This document shows positions 18,401 to 26,854 of a stretch of DNA of 64,000 bases, one piece after another. The notes beneath the pieces are model-generated. The model was not told the origin of the DNA, did no database searches, and worked only from the letters and a program-made list of their open reading frames with translations. Source of the DNA: Candidatus Poribacteria bacterium (GTDB lineage: Bacteria; Poribacteria; WGA-4E; GCA-2687025); assembly GCA_963665845.2 (NCBI GenBank), contig OY762492.1, positions 2,144,001-2,208,000 of the forward strand, given 5' to 3'. The position numbers and the translations under genes were made by a program. Every line of letters starts with the position of its first letter. The first letter of the stretch is position 1.

Positions 18401-19636
18401 TTAAAAAAGAAGTCGTCCGCCCGCCAAGAAGCGATGCCCCGTCCGCGATTCGTTCAGGTCGTCGCCGCTGCGCTCCCATGCGCTGAACTCGTACGCCAGA
18501 TCCAAAAAGGCGGCGCGCCCCATCGGAAGGCCCGCCCCCATCGACAGCGCCAGCGGCGCCCTGTCATACGATTTCCAGTCGGACGACAACTTCGGCGACC
18601 CGAAGCGCAAGCCGCCCCGCAGCGCGATGTCGTTTTCAAACCAATGCTCCGCGCCCAGCTTCAGCTCCGTCTCGTTCTGATACAGCGTCTCGAACTGATC
18701 CGCGTCCACATCCTTAGCGGGGGCGGTGGAGTAGCGCGCGTCTGTCCAGCGCGCATGCCGTATCGCGCCCGAAATGCGCCAGCGGTACAGTTTCAGCGCC
18801 GATCCGATCTCGATCTCAAGCGGGATATGGAAATCGTACTTGATAAGCCCGCTGTTTCCGGAGCCGGCGTTGTCCCTGTCTCTGGATCGGTCCACCTGCG
18901 ACCAGTCTTCGCGTATGTCGACATCCGCCGGCAGATGCGCCGACGCGCCAAACAGGATGATCGGCGTCAAGCCGACTTCGGCGCCCAGTTTGAGCCGCGT
19001 CGCTGAAATATCGCGGCGTATGTCGTCCAGGTAGGTGTCGCCCGCTTCATAGCGGATATGCCGATCCCGCGCCCCGTCCCATTGGTTGAGCGCGATGCCG
19101 ACCCGAACGCCCCTTGCCACCTCAAACCCGGCGCCGAGCGAGAGCGCATGCACATTGCCGTCCGTCTCGATCTCTTCCCGTATCGCCGACCCGGCGAGCT
19201 GCCCAAGCGTTTCGACGCCTTCAACAAGCGAACGCCCCGAAAGACCGCGCGAATGCTGATAAGACGCCGCGACGCCGAGCCACGGAAACTCATAAAACCG
19301 ATGCGCGATTCCGATATGTCCAAAACGAACGTCCGACCAGGACGAGGACGCTGTCGGACTGGTTCCGAGCTGCGTTTCCAGACTGCCGCCGTTGTAAAAA
19401 AGGGAGCCTGAAACCTCCGAATAAGCGAGCGCCGCCAGTCCCGCGGGGTTGGTCGACAGCGCGTCCAGCCCCCTCGCCCGCGCGACGGTGGAGCCTGCGA
19501 GCGCGGCAGACCGCACATCGATGGTTCGCCCGTCCGCCGCTAGATTTTCCTCCAAAGGTACCGATTCCGCCGAAGCCCCGACCGCCAACGCCCATGCCGC
19601 CAGCGCCGCCGCGCACATCCTTGCCGCTTTATGCAT
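18401..19636 (-). CDS. Outer-membrane beta-barrel protein (FadL/PorV-like)
   Basis: Signal peptide; RSAALAG..ALSTNPAGLA N-terminal hatch motif; alternating beta-strands; terminal Phe. Confidence 0.7.
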   Translation of the reverse strand: MHKAARMCAAALAAWALAVGASAESVPLEENLAADGRTIDVRSAALAGSTVARARGLDALSTNPAGLAALAYSEVSGSLFYNGGSLETQLGTSPTASSSWSDVRFGHIGIAHRFYEFPWLGVAASYQHSRGLSGRSLVEGVETLGQLAGSAIREEIETDGNVHALSLGAGFEVARGVRVGIALNQWDGARDRHIRYEAGDTYLDDIRRDISATRLKLGAEVGLTPIILFGASAHLPADVDIREDWSQVDRSRDRDNAGSGNSGLIKYDFHIPLEIEIGSALKLYRWRISGAIRHARWTDARYSTAPAKDVDADQFETLYQNETELKLGAEHWFENDIALRGGLRFGSPKLSSDWKSYDRAPLALSMGAGLPMGRAAFLDLAYEFSAWERSGDDLNESRTGHRFLAGGRLLF

Positions 19637-19766
19637 ATGCCGCCTCCCGCCATGTTGACCGCTTCCGTTCCGATTGCCATTATAACGTTTTACCGCGCAG
19701 AATTGTTTACAAACGCGCTTTCGGATATGATACTCATGAGCGGGCGGCGCGGAAATCCCTTGAAGC

Positions 19767-19930
19767 TGACCTTAAGGCTTTAGTTGGGACATTCCGCCTG
19801 GCGAACGCGGACCTTGTTTGCGGCGCCTCTAGATTCCCGCTTACGCGGGAATGACGTCTGGTTTGGCGGCGCCTTTTCCCAAGAGTAAAGCTTTGTTTGT
19901 TCAACTGTTCCAACTTTAGGCATGAGGTCG
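19767..19930 (-). mobile_element. ~164-bp MITE-like element directly upstream of the kinase-Dna2 gene
   Basis: Ends TGACCTTAAGGCTTTAGTTGGGACA / TGTTCCAACTTTAGGCATGAGGTCG with an internal dRS3-like palindrome. Confidence 0.75.
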
Positions 19931-19942
19931 GTTGGAGGTTTT

Positions 19943-22900
19943 ATGAAACGAGCCAGAGGCGAATGGCTCAAAAGCGGACGGCTGCAGCTGGAGGCGCCGC
20001 TGGGCGAAGGCGCCTTCGGCGAAGTGTGGAAAGCGGTCGAGTATATCGGCTTCGGGCAGCGGGGCGAACTGGTGCGCCTTCGGGAAGCCGCCGTCAAATG
20101 CCTTCCGCCGCTGCATGACGAACGGGACGGCCCGCGCGTCATACAGGAGGCGCAGGGGCTGGCGGAACTTCAACATGAATCGATCCTTCGGCTTTACGAC
20201 GCCTTCGCCGACGCGGACGGAACCTATCTCGTTACCGAGCTGGCGACGGAGGGGCATCTCTGGCAGCACTTCGACGGCTCCGTTCCGACCGAGTCGGAGC
20301 TTCGGGAGCTGCTGTTTGCGGTCGGGCGCGGGCTGAATTATCTCCATGAGCAGGGGTATGTGCATGGCGATCTGAAGCCTGAAAACATTTTGGTCTCGGA
20401 GGGGCAGGATTACCAGCCGCGGTATCTGATTGCCGATTTTGGGCTGCGTTCGCTGATCGGAAGCCGGCATTTTCAAGGCACGGCGCCGTATATCGCCCCG
20501 GAGGCGTACTCCGCCAACGCGGGAGTCTTCACCGAACGCTCCGATGTGTACGCGCTCGGCGTCCTGCTGTATGAGGTTGCCAGCGGGTCGCGCCTCGCCG
20601 ACGCGCTTTCCGACAGCGAATTCGACGCCCTGCGCCAACGCAAACCGAACATGGACATCTTCAACGCGGCGATGGAACGCATCCGCGGGACGGTTCAAAA
20701 GATGCAGTGGCGCTCGCTGCAGCTGCCCTCCTTCTTGGGAACGATCCTGCAGTTTTGCCTGGACCCCAACCCGGATCGGCGCCCGTCGGCATGGGGGCTG
20801 ATGGAGCTGTGGGCGGCGTTCAGCAGGTCGCAAAGCGGCGTTCTGCAGATTGATCAAGAAGGCTCCGTTCAAAAGCCGGCGACCTACAAGGCTCCGTTCG
20901 CGCGCGTCGTCGACATCGAAGAAGACCTGACGAACCCGTATGGAACGGAGGCATGCGCCGCGCGGCTTGCCGCCGAAGACGGAGAATTCATGACCGTCTC
21001 CATCGACCGCGGCGTCAACCTGCCGATGTTTCAGGCGGTGGAACAGCTTAAAAACAGGGTGTCGGAACGCCCCGCTCTCGTATCGTTTTACAATCTGGAG
21101 CCGCTGGACATTGACCAGATGCGCTTCTCGGCGACGCGCAGCAGCTACGCCGTTGTGGAGCCGCTGCGCCTCATCGACGTGACCGAATTGAGCCAGAGCG
21201 CTTTTTGCCACCGCTCCTCGCTTCACCGCATTGCGGGGACGGGCGTTCAGTTGAGCGAGCCTCTCATGCGCGGTCAGGTTGCGCATGCGCTTTTTGCGGA
21301 CATGCTGCTGAATGCGCGGGTCGATTTTGACGAGGCATGGGAGGCGCGCCGCCCTGGCTGGAGCCTCGACTTTGCCTATCTGTTTGAAGACGACGCGCAG
21401 CTGGAGCGGTTTAAAAAGGAGGCGCGCCGCCATTTTGACAACATCAAAAAGGCGCTGCATGAGGAGCCAGCCTGGTACAGCCCGCGCCGTCATGTGGAGT
21501 CGATGCGCTGGTCGGCGGAGTTGGGTTTGCTGGGTCGGGTGGACGCTTTTTTCTTGGCTGAAGGCGGACGCGCGGCGGTGTATGAGCTGAAGGCGGGGCG
21601 CGTCGACAGCGGGGATGTGTTTCAGCTGCAGGCGTACGCGGCGATGTTGAGCGAGGATATGCGCGCCGCCGGGCGCCGTCCAGGAGAAACGGCGTCTCTT
21701 CGCGCGCGTCTTCTGTCGAGCGCGGACGGGCGCATGCGCGGCGCCTCTCCCGCGCCGAGGGCGAAGCTTGCCGCCGCTCGAAATCAAGCCGCGCATCTGC
21801 GCGAGCAGCTGATGGAGCCGCGACGCGCGGACGATCCTCTCCCGCCCGACTACCCGTTTTTCGGATACCATCCCGCAAAATGCAGCCACTGCTCAACCCA
21901 TTACCGGTTTCTTCATCAGGCATGCGAACGTTCAACGGCGCTGTTCGGCGAACGCGGCGACCTGGACAAGCCCGCCTTGACTCCCCTTGAACAGGACTAT
22001 TTCTGGCATGGCATCCGTCTCGCTCTCATCGAAGAGGAGGCGGTGCGGCGTCAGTATCTGCAGCCGCTTTTGAGCGCCATGCAGGCGCCCGGCAGCTTGA
22101 TGGAGGTAGAGATTCCGCGCGGAGAGCGGCGCATCGAAGGGGCGCGCCTGGCGAACCGCCAAGACTCGCGGCTTGAGTTTCAGTTTGAACCGGGCATGGC
22201 GGAATTCAAGGAGGGGGACGAGGCGATTGCGCACCGCGGCGACCTTCGCCGCTGGCATGAAACGATGCGCGGCACGGTCGCCGAGGCGTCCGGCGGGACG
22301 CTGGTCGTTGAAACGCATGAAGCGCGCGCCTTTCAAGACGCCGCCGACCTGCCGAAAGACGGCTGGGTCGTGGAACGGTTCCCGCGCTTCTACCGCTCCG
22401 ATCTGCTCCGCCGGGCGCTTTATCGGTTCATATCGTCGCGCAACGAGGCGATGAAAACGCTCGTTCTGGAGGGGCTTATGCCGAAGCGTCAGGGGCTGCT
22501 TTTCTCGGCGGCAAAGCCGGACGCCCTGCGCCTTTCGATGAAAAACCGCCTGAACGCGCAGCAGAGCGCCGCCCTGTTGAGCGGACTGGACGAGAACGGC
22601 TTTTTGTCGATCACCGGACCGCCCGGAACCGGCAAAACGATGACGATACACGCCATCATCGAGACGCATGTTCGGCAGAACGCGCGCGTCCTCGCCGCCG
22701 CCGTGACAAACAACGCCATCGACAACATCGTGGAGCGGTGGATCGAAAGCGGGCATGGCGCCGCCGGTTTTGAGCCGTTTTTCCGCTTTGGGCTTCACTC
22801 CTCTATGACCGATCAATTCAAAGAAAGCTTGAAACGGCTCAACGTTGACGGACGGCGCATGTTTGCGAAGGAGGCGGGCGCCGCGTTTGACAGCCTCGCC

Positions 22901-23902
22901 GAACTGCGCGCGCATTTAGAGTCGACGCGGCTGCTTCTCGGCACGGCGCATTCGCTGCTGGAGTCGCCATGGGTCGCTCAAGAAAACCCGGACGGCTCCC
23001 CCCCGTTCGACCTTGTCATCGTGGACGAGGCGACGCAGATGCCCGAGCCGCTCGCGGCGGCGCTGTTGACGCTCGGCAAAAAGGCGATCCTGGTCGGCGA
23101 CGAGGAGCAGCTCGGGCCGGTCTGCCTTTCGTCGTTTGACGCGCGGCATGCGGAGATGCCGGAGTCGCTGCGGGAAATCGGAATATCGGGGCTGGACAAG
23201 TCGCTGTTTGAGCGGTTGAACGCGCTTTTGAAGGAGCGCGGCGGCGAGGAGGGGCTGGTCTTTCTCTCGCGCCAGTATCGAATGCATCCCGCTATCAGCG
23301 AGTGGGCGTCCGAACAGTTTTACGGCGGACGCCTGGAGACCGCGGACGAAGCGCAAGCCCGCCTCCCAGAGCTGGAACGGGCGGCGGAGCAGCCGGGGTG
23401 GGAACTCCTGGCGCGCGTCTTGGACCCGTCCAGCCCGTTCGTGTTTTTAGACATACCGGGCGGAAGCGGGGACATCCCCAACATGAACAAAAAAGAGGCG
23501 GAGATTGCCGCCCTGCTGACGCTCGCCATGTCGCGCCTCGGCATGAACGATGTCGGATGCATCACGCCGTACCGGAACCAGCAGGCGGAACTGCGCCGTC
23601 AGCTGCGCCGTTTCAACCTGTCCGCGGAATGCGGCACGGTGGACGCTTTCCAGGGGCGTGAAAAGACGGTGGTTATTTTGTCAACAGCGCGGCGCGACAG
23701 GCTCACCTCTTTTCTGGGCGAAAGGCGGCGGCTGAATGTGAGCGTCACCCGCGCGCGCCGAAAATGCGTCATACTCGGAAGCCTCGCCGTCTTGAGAGAC
23801 CACCCGCTGCTATGGCGGCTCGCCGAAAGGGAAGATTGCCGGCGCGAACGGGCGGAGCCGTCCGACCTGCGCCGAGAACTTGGACTGGAGCCGAACGCAT
23901 GA
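19943..23902 (+). CDS. Ser/Thr protein kinase fused to a Dna2-like Fe-S nuclease and SF1 (UPF1/Dna2-type) helicase
   Basis: SD GGAGG before ATG 19943. Kinase: LGEGAFGEVW, AAVK, HGDLKPEN, DFG, GTAPYIAPE, SDVYALG. Nuclease: FCHRS, RGQVAHALF, WSAELGLLGRVD, ELKAG, QLQAY, CSHC..C. Helicase: GPPGTGKT, TNNAIDN, DEATQ, GDEEQLGP, QYRMHP, TPYRNQ, TVDAFQGREK, RLNVSVTRAR. Confidence 0.9.
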   Translation: MKRARGEWLKSGRLQLEAPLGEGAFGEVWKAVEYIGFGQRGELVRLREAAVKCLPPLHDERDGPRVIQEAQGLAELQHESILRLYDAFADADGTYLVTELATEGHLWQHFDGSVPTESELRELLFAVGRGLNYLHEQGYVHGDLKPENILVSEGQDYQPRYLIADFGLRSLIGSRHFQGTAPYIAPEAYSANAGVFTERSDVYALGVLLYEVASGSRLADALSDSEFDALRQRKPNMDIFNAAMERIRGTVQKMQWRSLQLPSFLGTILQFCLDPNPDRRPSAWGLMELWAAFSRSQSGVLQIDQEGSVQKPATYKAPFARVVDIEEDLTNPYGTEACAARLAAEDGEFMTVSIDRGVNLPMFQAVEQLKNRVSERPALVSFYNLEPLDIDQMRFSATRSSYAVVEPLRLIDVTELSQSAFCHRSSLHRIAGTGVQLSEPLMRGQVAHALFADMLLNARVDFDEAWEARRPGWSLDFAYLFEDDAQLERFKKEARRHFDNIKKALHEEPAWYSPRRHVESMRWSAELGLLGRVDAFFLAEGGRAAVYELKAGRVDSGDVFQLQAYAAMLSEDMRAAGRRPGETASLRARLLSSADGRMRGASPAPRAKLAAARNQAAHLREQLMEPRRADDPLPPDYPFFGYHPAKCSHCSTHYRFLHQACERSTALFGERGDLDKPALTPLEQDYFWHGIRLALIEEEAVRRQYLQPLLSAMQAPGSLMEVEIPRGERRIEGARLANRQDSRLEFQFEPGMAEFKEGDEAIAHRGDLRRWHETMRGTVAEASGGTLVVETHEARAFQDAADLPKDGWVVERFPRFYRSDLLRRALYRFISSRNEAMKTLVLEGLMPKRQGLLFSAAKPDALRLSMKNRLNAQQSAALLSGLDENGFLSITGPPGTGKTMTIHAIIETHVRQNARVLAAAVTNNAIDNIVERWIESGHGAAGFEPFFRFGLHSSMTDQFKESLKRLNVDGRRMFAKEAGAAFDSLAELRAHLESTRLLLGTAHSLLESPWVAQENPDGSPPFDLVIVDEATQMPEPLAAALLTLGKKAILVGDEEQLGPVCLSSFDARHAEMPESLREIGISGLDKSLFERLNALLKERGGEEGLVFLSRQYRMHPAISEWASEQFYGGRLETADEAQARLPELERAAEQPGWELLARVLDPSSPFVFLDIPGGSGDIPNMNKKEAEIAALLTLAMSRLGMNDVGCITPYRNQQAELRRQLRRFNLSAECGTVDAFQGREKTVVILSTARRDRLTSFLGERRRLNVSVTRARRKCVILGSLAVLRDHPLLWRLAEREDCRRERAEPSDLRRELGLEPNA

Positions 23903-24411
23903 CGAAGTGGTGGATTCTGCTGGCGGCGGCCGCTGTCGCCGAGATCTCCTTCGGCGTCTATATCTGGTCGTACCGCCCCGCGCCGCCGACCGAAGCGGTT
24001 TATGCGTCCATGGAGGCGGCGCAGGAGTCGGACCTGGACGCGCTGGACGCCGTTCTCCGCGCGAGAGGCGCCGCGTCCAACCCGCGCGCCGTCTGGACAT
24101 CCTATATCGGCGCGTTATACATGGAAGAATATGAGGCGGCGTACAGCATGTTGTCGCGGCGTTCGCGGGCGGCGTTTGAGGCGGCGGGCGGTGTTGACCT
24201 GTTTAAAAAAACGCGCCGCGCCGACCCGACCCGCTTCGATCTCGGCAAAACATTGACGCTGGCGCAGGAGGAGAAAACGGCGCTCATCGCCGCGCGTGAG
24301 TATGATTCCCATGCATGGATCAAGGCGCGCCTGCGGCAAGAAGGCGGACAATGGCGCATCGAAACGCGCCCCTCGCCCGACAAGAAGCGCGCCGTTTATC
24401 CTTACCGCTAA
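23899..24411 (+). CDS. Hypothetical membrane-anchored protein (possible NTF2-like/DUF4878-like fold)
   Basis: ATGA overlap with the kinase-helicase stop; N-terminal hydrophobic helix; YEAAYSMLS and LRQEGGQWRI patterns. Confidence 0.65.
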   Translation: MTKWWILLAAAAVAEISFGVYIWSYRPAPPTEAVYASMEAAQESDLDALDAVLRARGAASNPRAVWTSYIGALYMEEYEAAYSMLSRRSRAAFEAAGGVDLFKKTRRADPTRFDLGKTLTLAQEEKTALIAAREYDSHAWIKARLRQEGGQWRIETRPSPDKKRAVYPYR

Positions 24412-24424
24412 AACGCCCGCCGAC

Positions 24425-25261
24425 TCACAGACTTAGACGCTCGCCGCATTTTAAGACGCGGTACGGCTGCCCGATGCGTTCGCATTCGTCCGCGAATTTG
24501 CTAGGCGAAACCGTATTGAACTCAAACATATCGTAATGGCATGGGACGGCGAGCGACGCGCCCGTCTCTCGGCTAAGGCGCGCCGCCTCGACGCCGGACA
24601 GGTTCCCGGCGACGCGCCGAGCAGGGTTCCTCCCGTTGATGGGGAGCAGCGCCGCGTCGATACGCCAACCGCTGAGCCAATCAAGCATGCCGTCGTATAG
24701 AACCGTGTCGCCGCTGTGGTAGACAACTTTGCCGCCCGCTTCGATCACATAGCCCAGATGCGTATATCTGCCGTCCGCGTCCGTTTCGAGCGTCTCATGG
24801 GCGGCGGGGACGGCGTGTATTCGGAAGCCCGCCGCGTCCGCTGTTTTGCCGGCGTCGATGCCTGTTAGCCGTTCGGGCGGGCATTGAAGCCGTTCGGCGG
24901 CGAAGGCGCGGTTCGCTTCAGGGACGATGACGCGCAGCCCCGCGTTGACGCGCATGAGCGGCAGAAGCGTCTCCGCGTCCAGATGGTCGGTGTGGTTATG
25001 GCTGGATGTTACGGCGTCGATGAAGTTGAGCCGCGCGGGGTTGATAGCCCGCTCGGTCATGCGGACATGCGGCTTGTCGGTCTGGGCGTATTTTTTGGTG
25101 AGCGAGTCGGACAGGTACGGGTCGATGAGCAGGCGCGATCCGCCCGCTTGGAGCAGATACCCGCTCTGCCCAAGCCACCACAGGTGGAGGTTGCCGCCGC
25201 CGCGGTTCGCGTCTCGTATGTCGTTTAAAAGGGCGTCGTCTTTCAGATGCGGCTTGATCAT
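24425..25261 (-). CDS. MBL-fold metallo-hydrolase (UlaG-like)
   Basis: SD GGAGG before MIKPHL; WWLGQSGY, IDPYLSDS, SHNHTDHLD, YHSGDT, LLPING, PCHYDMF. Confidence 0.9.
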   Translation of the reverse strand: MIKPHLKDDALLNDIRDANRGGGNLHLWWLGQSGYLLQAGGSRLLIDPYLSDSLTKKYAQTDKPHVRMTERAINPARLNFIDAVTSSHNHTDHLDAETLLPLMRVNAGLRVIVPEANRAFAAERLQCPPERLTGIDAGKTADAAGFRIHAVPAAHETLETDADGRYTHLGYVIEAGGKVVYHSGDTVLYDGMLDWLSGWRIDAALLPINGRNPARRVAGNLSGVEAARLSRETGASLAVPCHYDMFEFNTVSPSKFADECERIGQPYRVLKCGERLSL

Positions 25262-25309
25262 ACAGCCTCCTGTTGACGGGCATGTTACAGGACGCCGCCC
25301 CTGTCCGCA

Positions 25310-25546
25310 ACGAACAAAGTTTTTATTTATGGGAAAGGCTTCGCCAACCAGATCGTCATTCCCGCGCAAGCGGGAATCTTAAGGCATCGTCACAGCCGCC
25401 CCGCGCGGCTAAAACCCCCCCAGCCCCCCTTTTCAAGGGGGAGTTCAGAAATCCCGCGCAAGCGGGAATGCAGAGTTTTCCCAGACCGCGTCCGCATTCC
25501 AAAACGGAACCCTCTAAAATCAAAATCATCGTATAGAGAGACTGTC
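25310..25546. repeat. Mosaic: partial MITE interior, palindromes, CCCCC/GGGGG hairpin, GAGTTTTCCCAGAC module
   Basis: Matches modules at 15020-15193 and the MITE family. Confidence 0.82.
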
Positions 25547-25561
25547 CGCTTCGCGCCTATA

Positions 25562-25590
25562 TTGACGCGCATTCAGCGATCCTTTACAAT
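25562..25590 (+). promoter_or_regulatory. Putative sigma70 promoter
   Basis: TTGACG-17 bp-TACAAT. Confidence 0.6.
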
Positions 25591-25609
25591 GCGTTGGAGA
25601 GGACATGAT

Positions 25610-26719
25610 ATGCTAAAGATTCGATTCGCCGCTTTTATGACAGCCGCCTCGCTGCTGCTCTGCGCAAGTATGCTGTCGGCGCATGCTGTCCTGCCCCTGC
25701 CGAAACCGAAAGAGGATGTTACGAAGCTGGACAAGCCGACCATCGCCTACCTTACGCCTGAAGGGTTTGAGATTCGCCTCATGGATTGGGACGGCGGGAA
25801 CGACCGACTCTGGATGGGCGACGGAAAGGCAAGGTTTTCAGGCAGCGCTTACTGGTCGCCCGACGGAAAGCGCGCCGCCGTGGTTGTGTACGACATCAAT
25901 GACGGGACATACACCACCTATCTGCTGGATCTGAGGACCGGCGGCGTCCAGAACCTGCTGGAATGGCTTCCTGAAGGCGGAGTGGGGCATCATTTCACAG
26001 ATCCCTTCTGGTCGCCCGACGGGAAATGGGTTGGAATTACCGAAGGATGGTACGTCACAGGCGTCGTCTTTGGGGCGAACATCTACAAGGTGAATGTCTA
26101 CAACGAAAAACATGTACAATTGACCGATTTTCCGTTTCGGAATCCGGCGTTTGGTACCCCGTCATGGTCTTCGGACGGTCAAAAAATCGTTTTCGGAATG
26201 CTGGACAAGCCGAGGTTGAGAGACGACGCAAAAGTCATCAACGATATCTATGTCATGAACGCCGACGGATCGAATATCGTCAATCTCACGAACCATCCAA
26301 AGGCGGATGCTTACCCGTCTTGGTCGCCGGACGGACAGAAGATCGGATTTGAAACCTTACGCGACGATCCACGCGACGCGGTATTGTACATGATGAACTC
26401 GGACGGATCCGGCGCGGAGCGTTTCATAGAGAACGGGAGCTATATCGGCCATTTATATTGGTCGCCCGATTCGAAATGGATCGTCTACTTCGGTGGGTCT
26501 ATTGATCCGAACGATCCAAAGCCGCTTGGCGTTTATCTGGCGCATGTCGCGGCGCGAAAGGAGAAGCTGATCAAGCCTGACGGCGATTCTCCGACATGGG
26601 TTTTGGCGGGCAAGAGCCGTTTTCTTTCCATCGATCTCTCCGGCAAGAAGCATGAGCAGTGGGGCGACATCAAGGAGACAGAGGCGGAGGCGCCGGAAGA
26701 GAACGCCTCTGAAGAATGA
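25610..26719 (+). CDS. Secreted TolB-like (PD40) beta-propeller with conserved C-terminal motif
   Basis: Signal peptide; repeated WSPDG; IYVMNADGSNIVNLT; C-terminus WVLAGKSRFLSIDLSGKKHEQWGDIK. Confidence 0.85.
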   Translation: MLKIRFAAFMTAASLLLCASMLSAHAVLPLPKPKEDVTKLDKPTIAYLTPEGFEIRLMDWDGGNDRLWMGDGKARFSGSAYWSPDGKRAAVVVYDINDGTYTTYLLDLRTGGVQNLLEWLPEGGVGHHFTDPFWSPDGKWVGITEGWYVTGVVFGANIYKVNVYNEKHVQLTDFPFRNPAFGTPSWSSDGQKIVFGMLDKPRLRDDAKVINDIYVMNADGSNIVNLTNHPKADAYPSWSPDGQKIGFETLRDDPRDAVLYMMNSDGSGAERFIENGSYIGHLYWSPDSKWIVYFGGSIDPNDPKPLGVYLAHVAARKEKLIKPDGDSPTWVLAGKSRFLSIDLSGKKHEQWGDIKETEAEAPEENASEE

Positions 26720-26854
26720 GCGGCGCACAATACGGCGGCTTGTCCGAAATGCGCGCGCGATTGTCGGCGGCGATCCATAGGGACGTTATTTCTTGCGCCG
26801 AGCCGCAAACGGCGCTATGCTTCCCAGAACGTTCAACGTTCAAGGAGCGGGCAT

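Noticed and set aside
19916-21889. 657-aa minus-strand ORF (and similar long antisense ORFs at 34926, 54218, 49866, 40383)
   Set aside because: High-GC shadow frames opposite well-supported genes; no motifs.
21150-21930. Cas4 / CRISPR adaptation gene
   Set aside because: The Cas4-like fold is embedded in a Dna2-type nuclease-helicase with no cas1, cas2 or array nearby.
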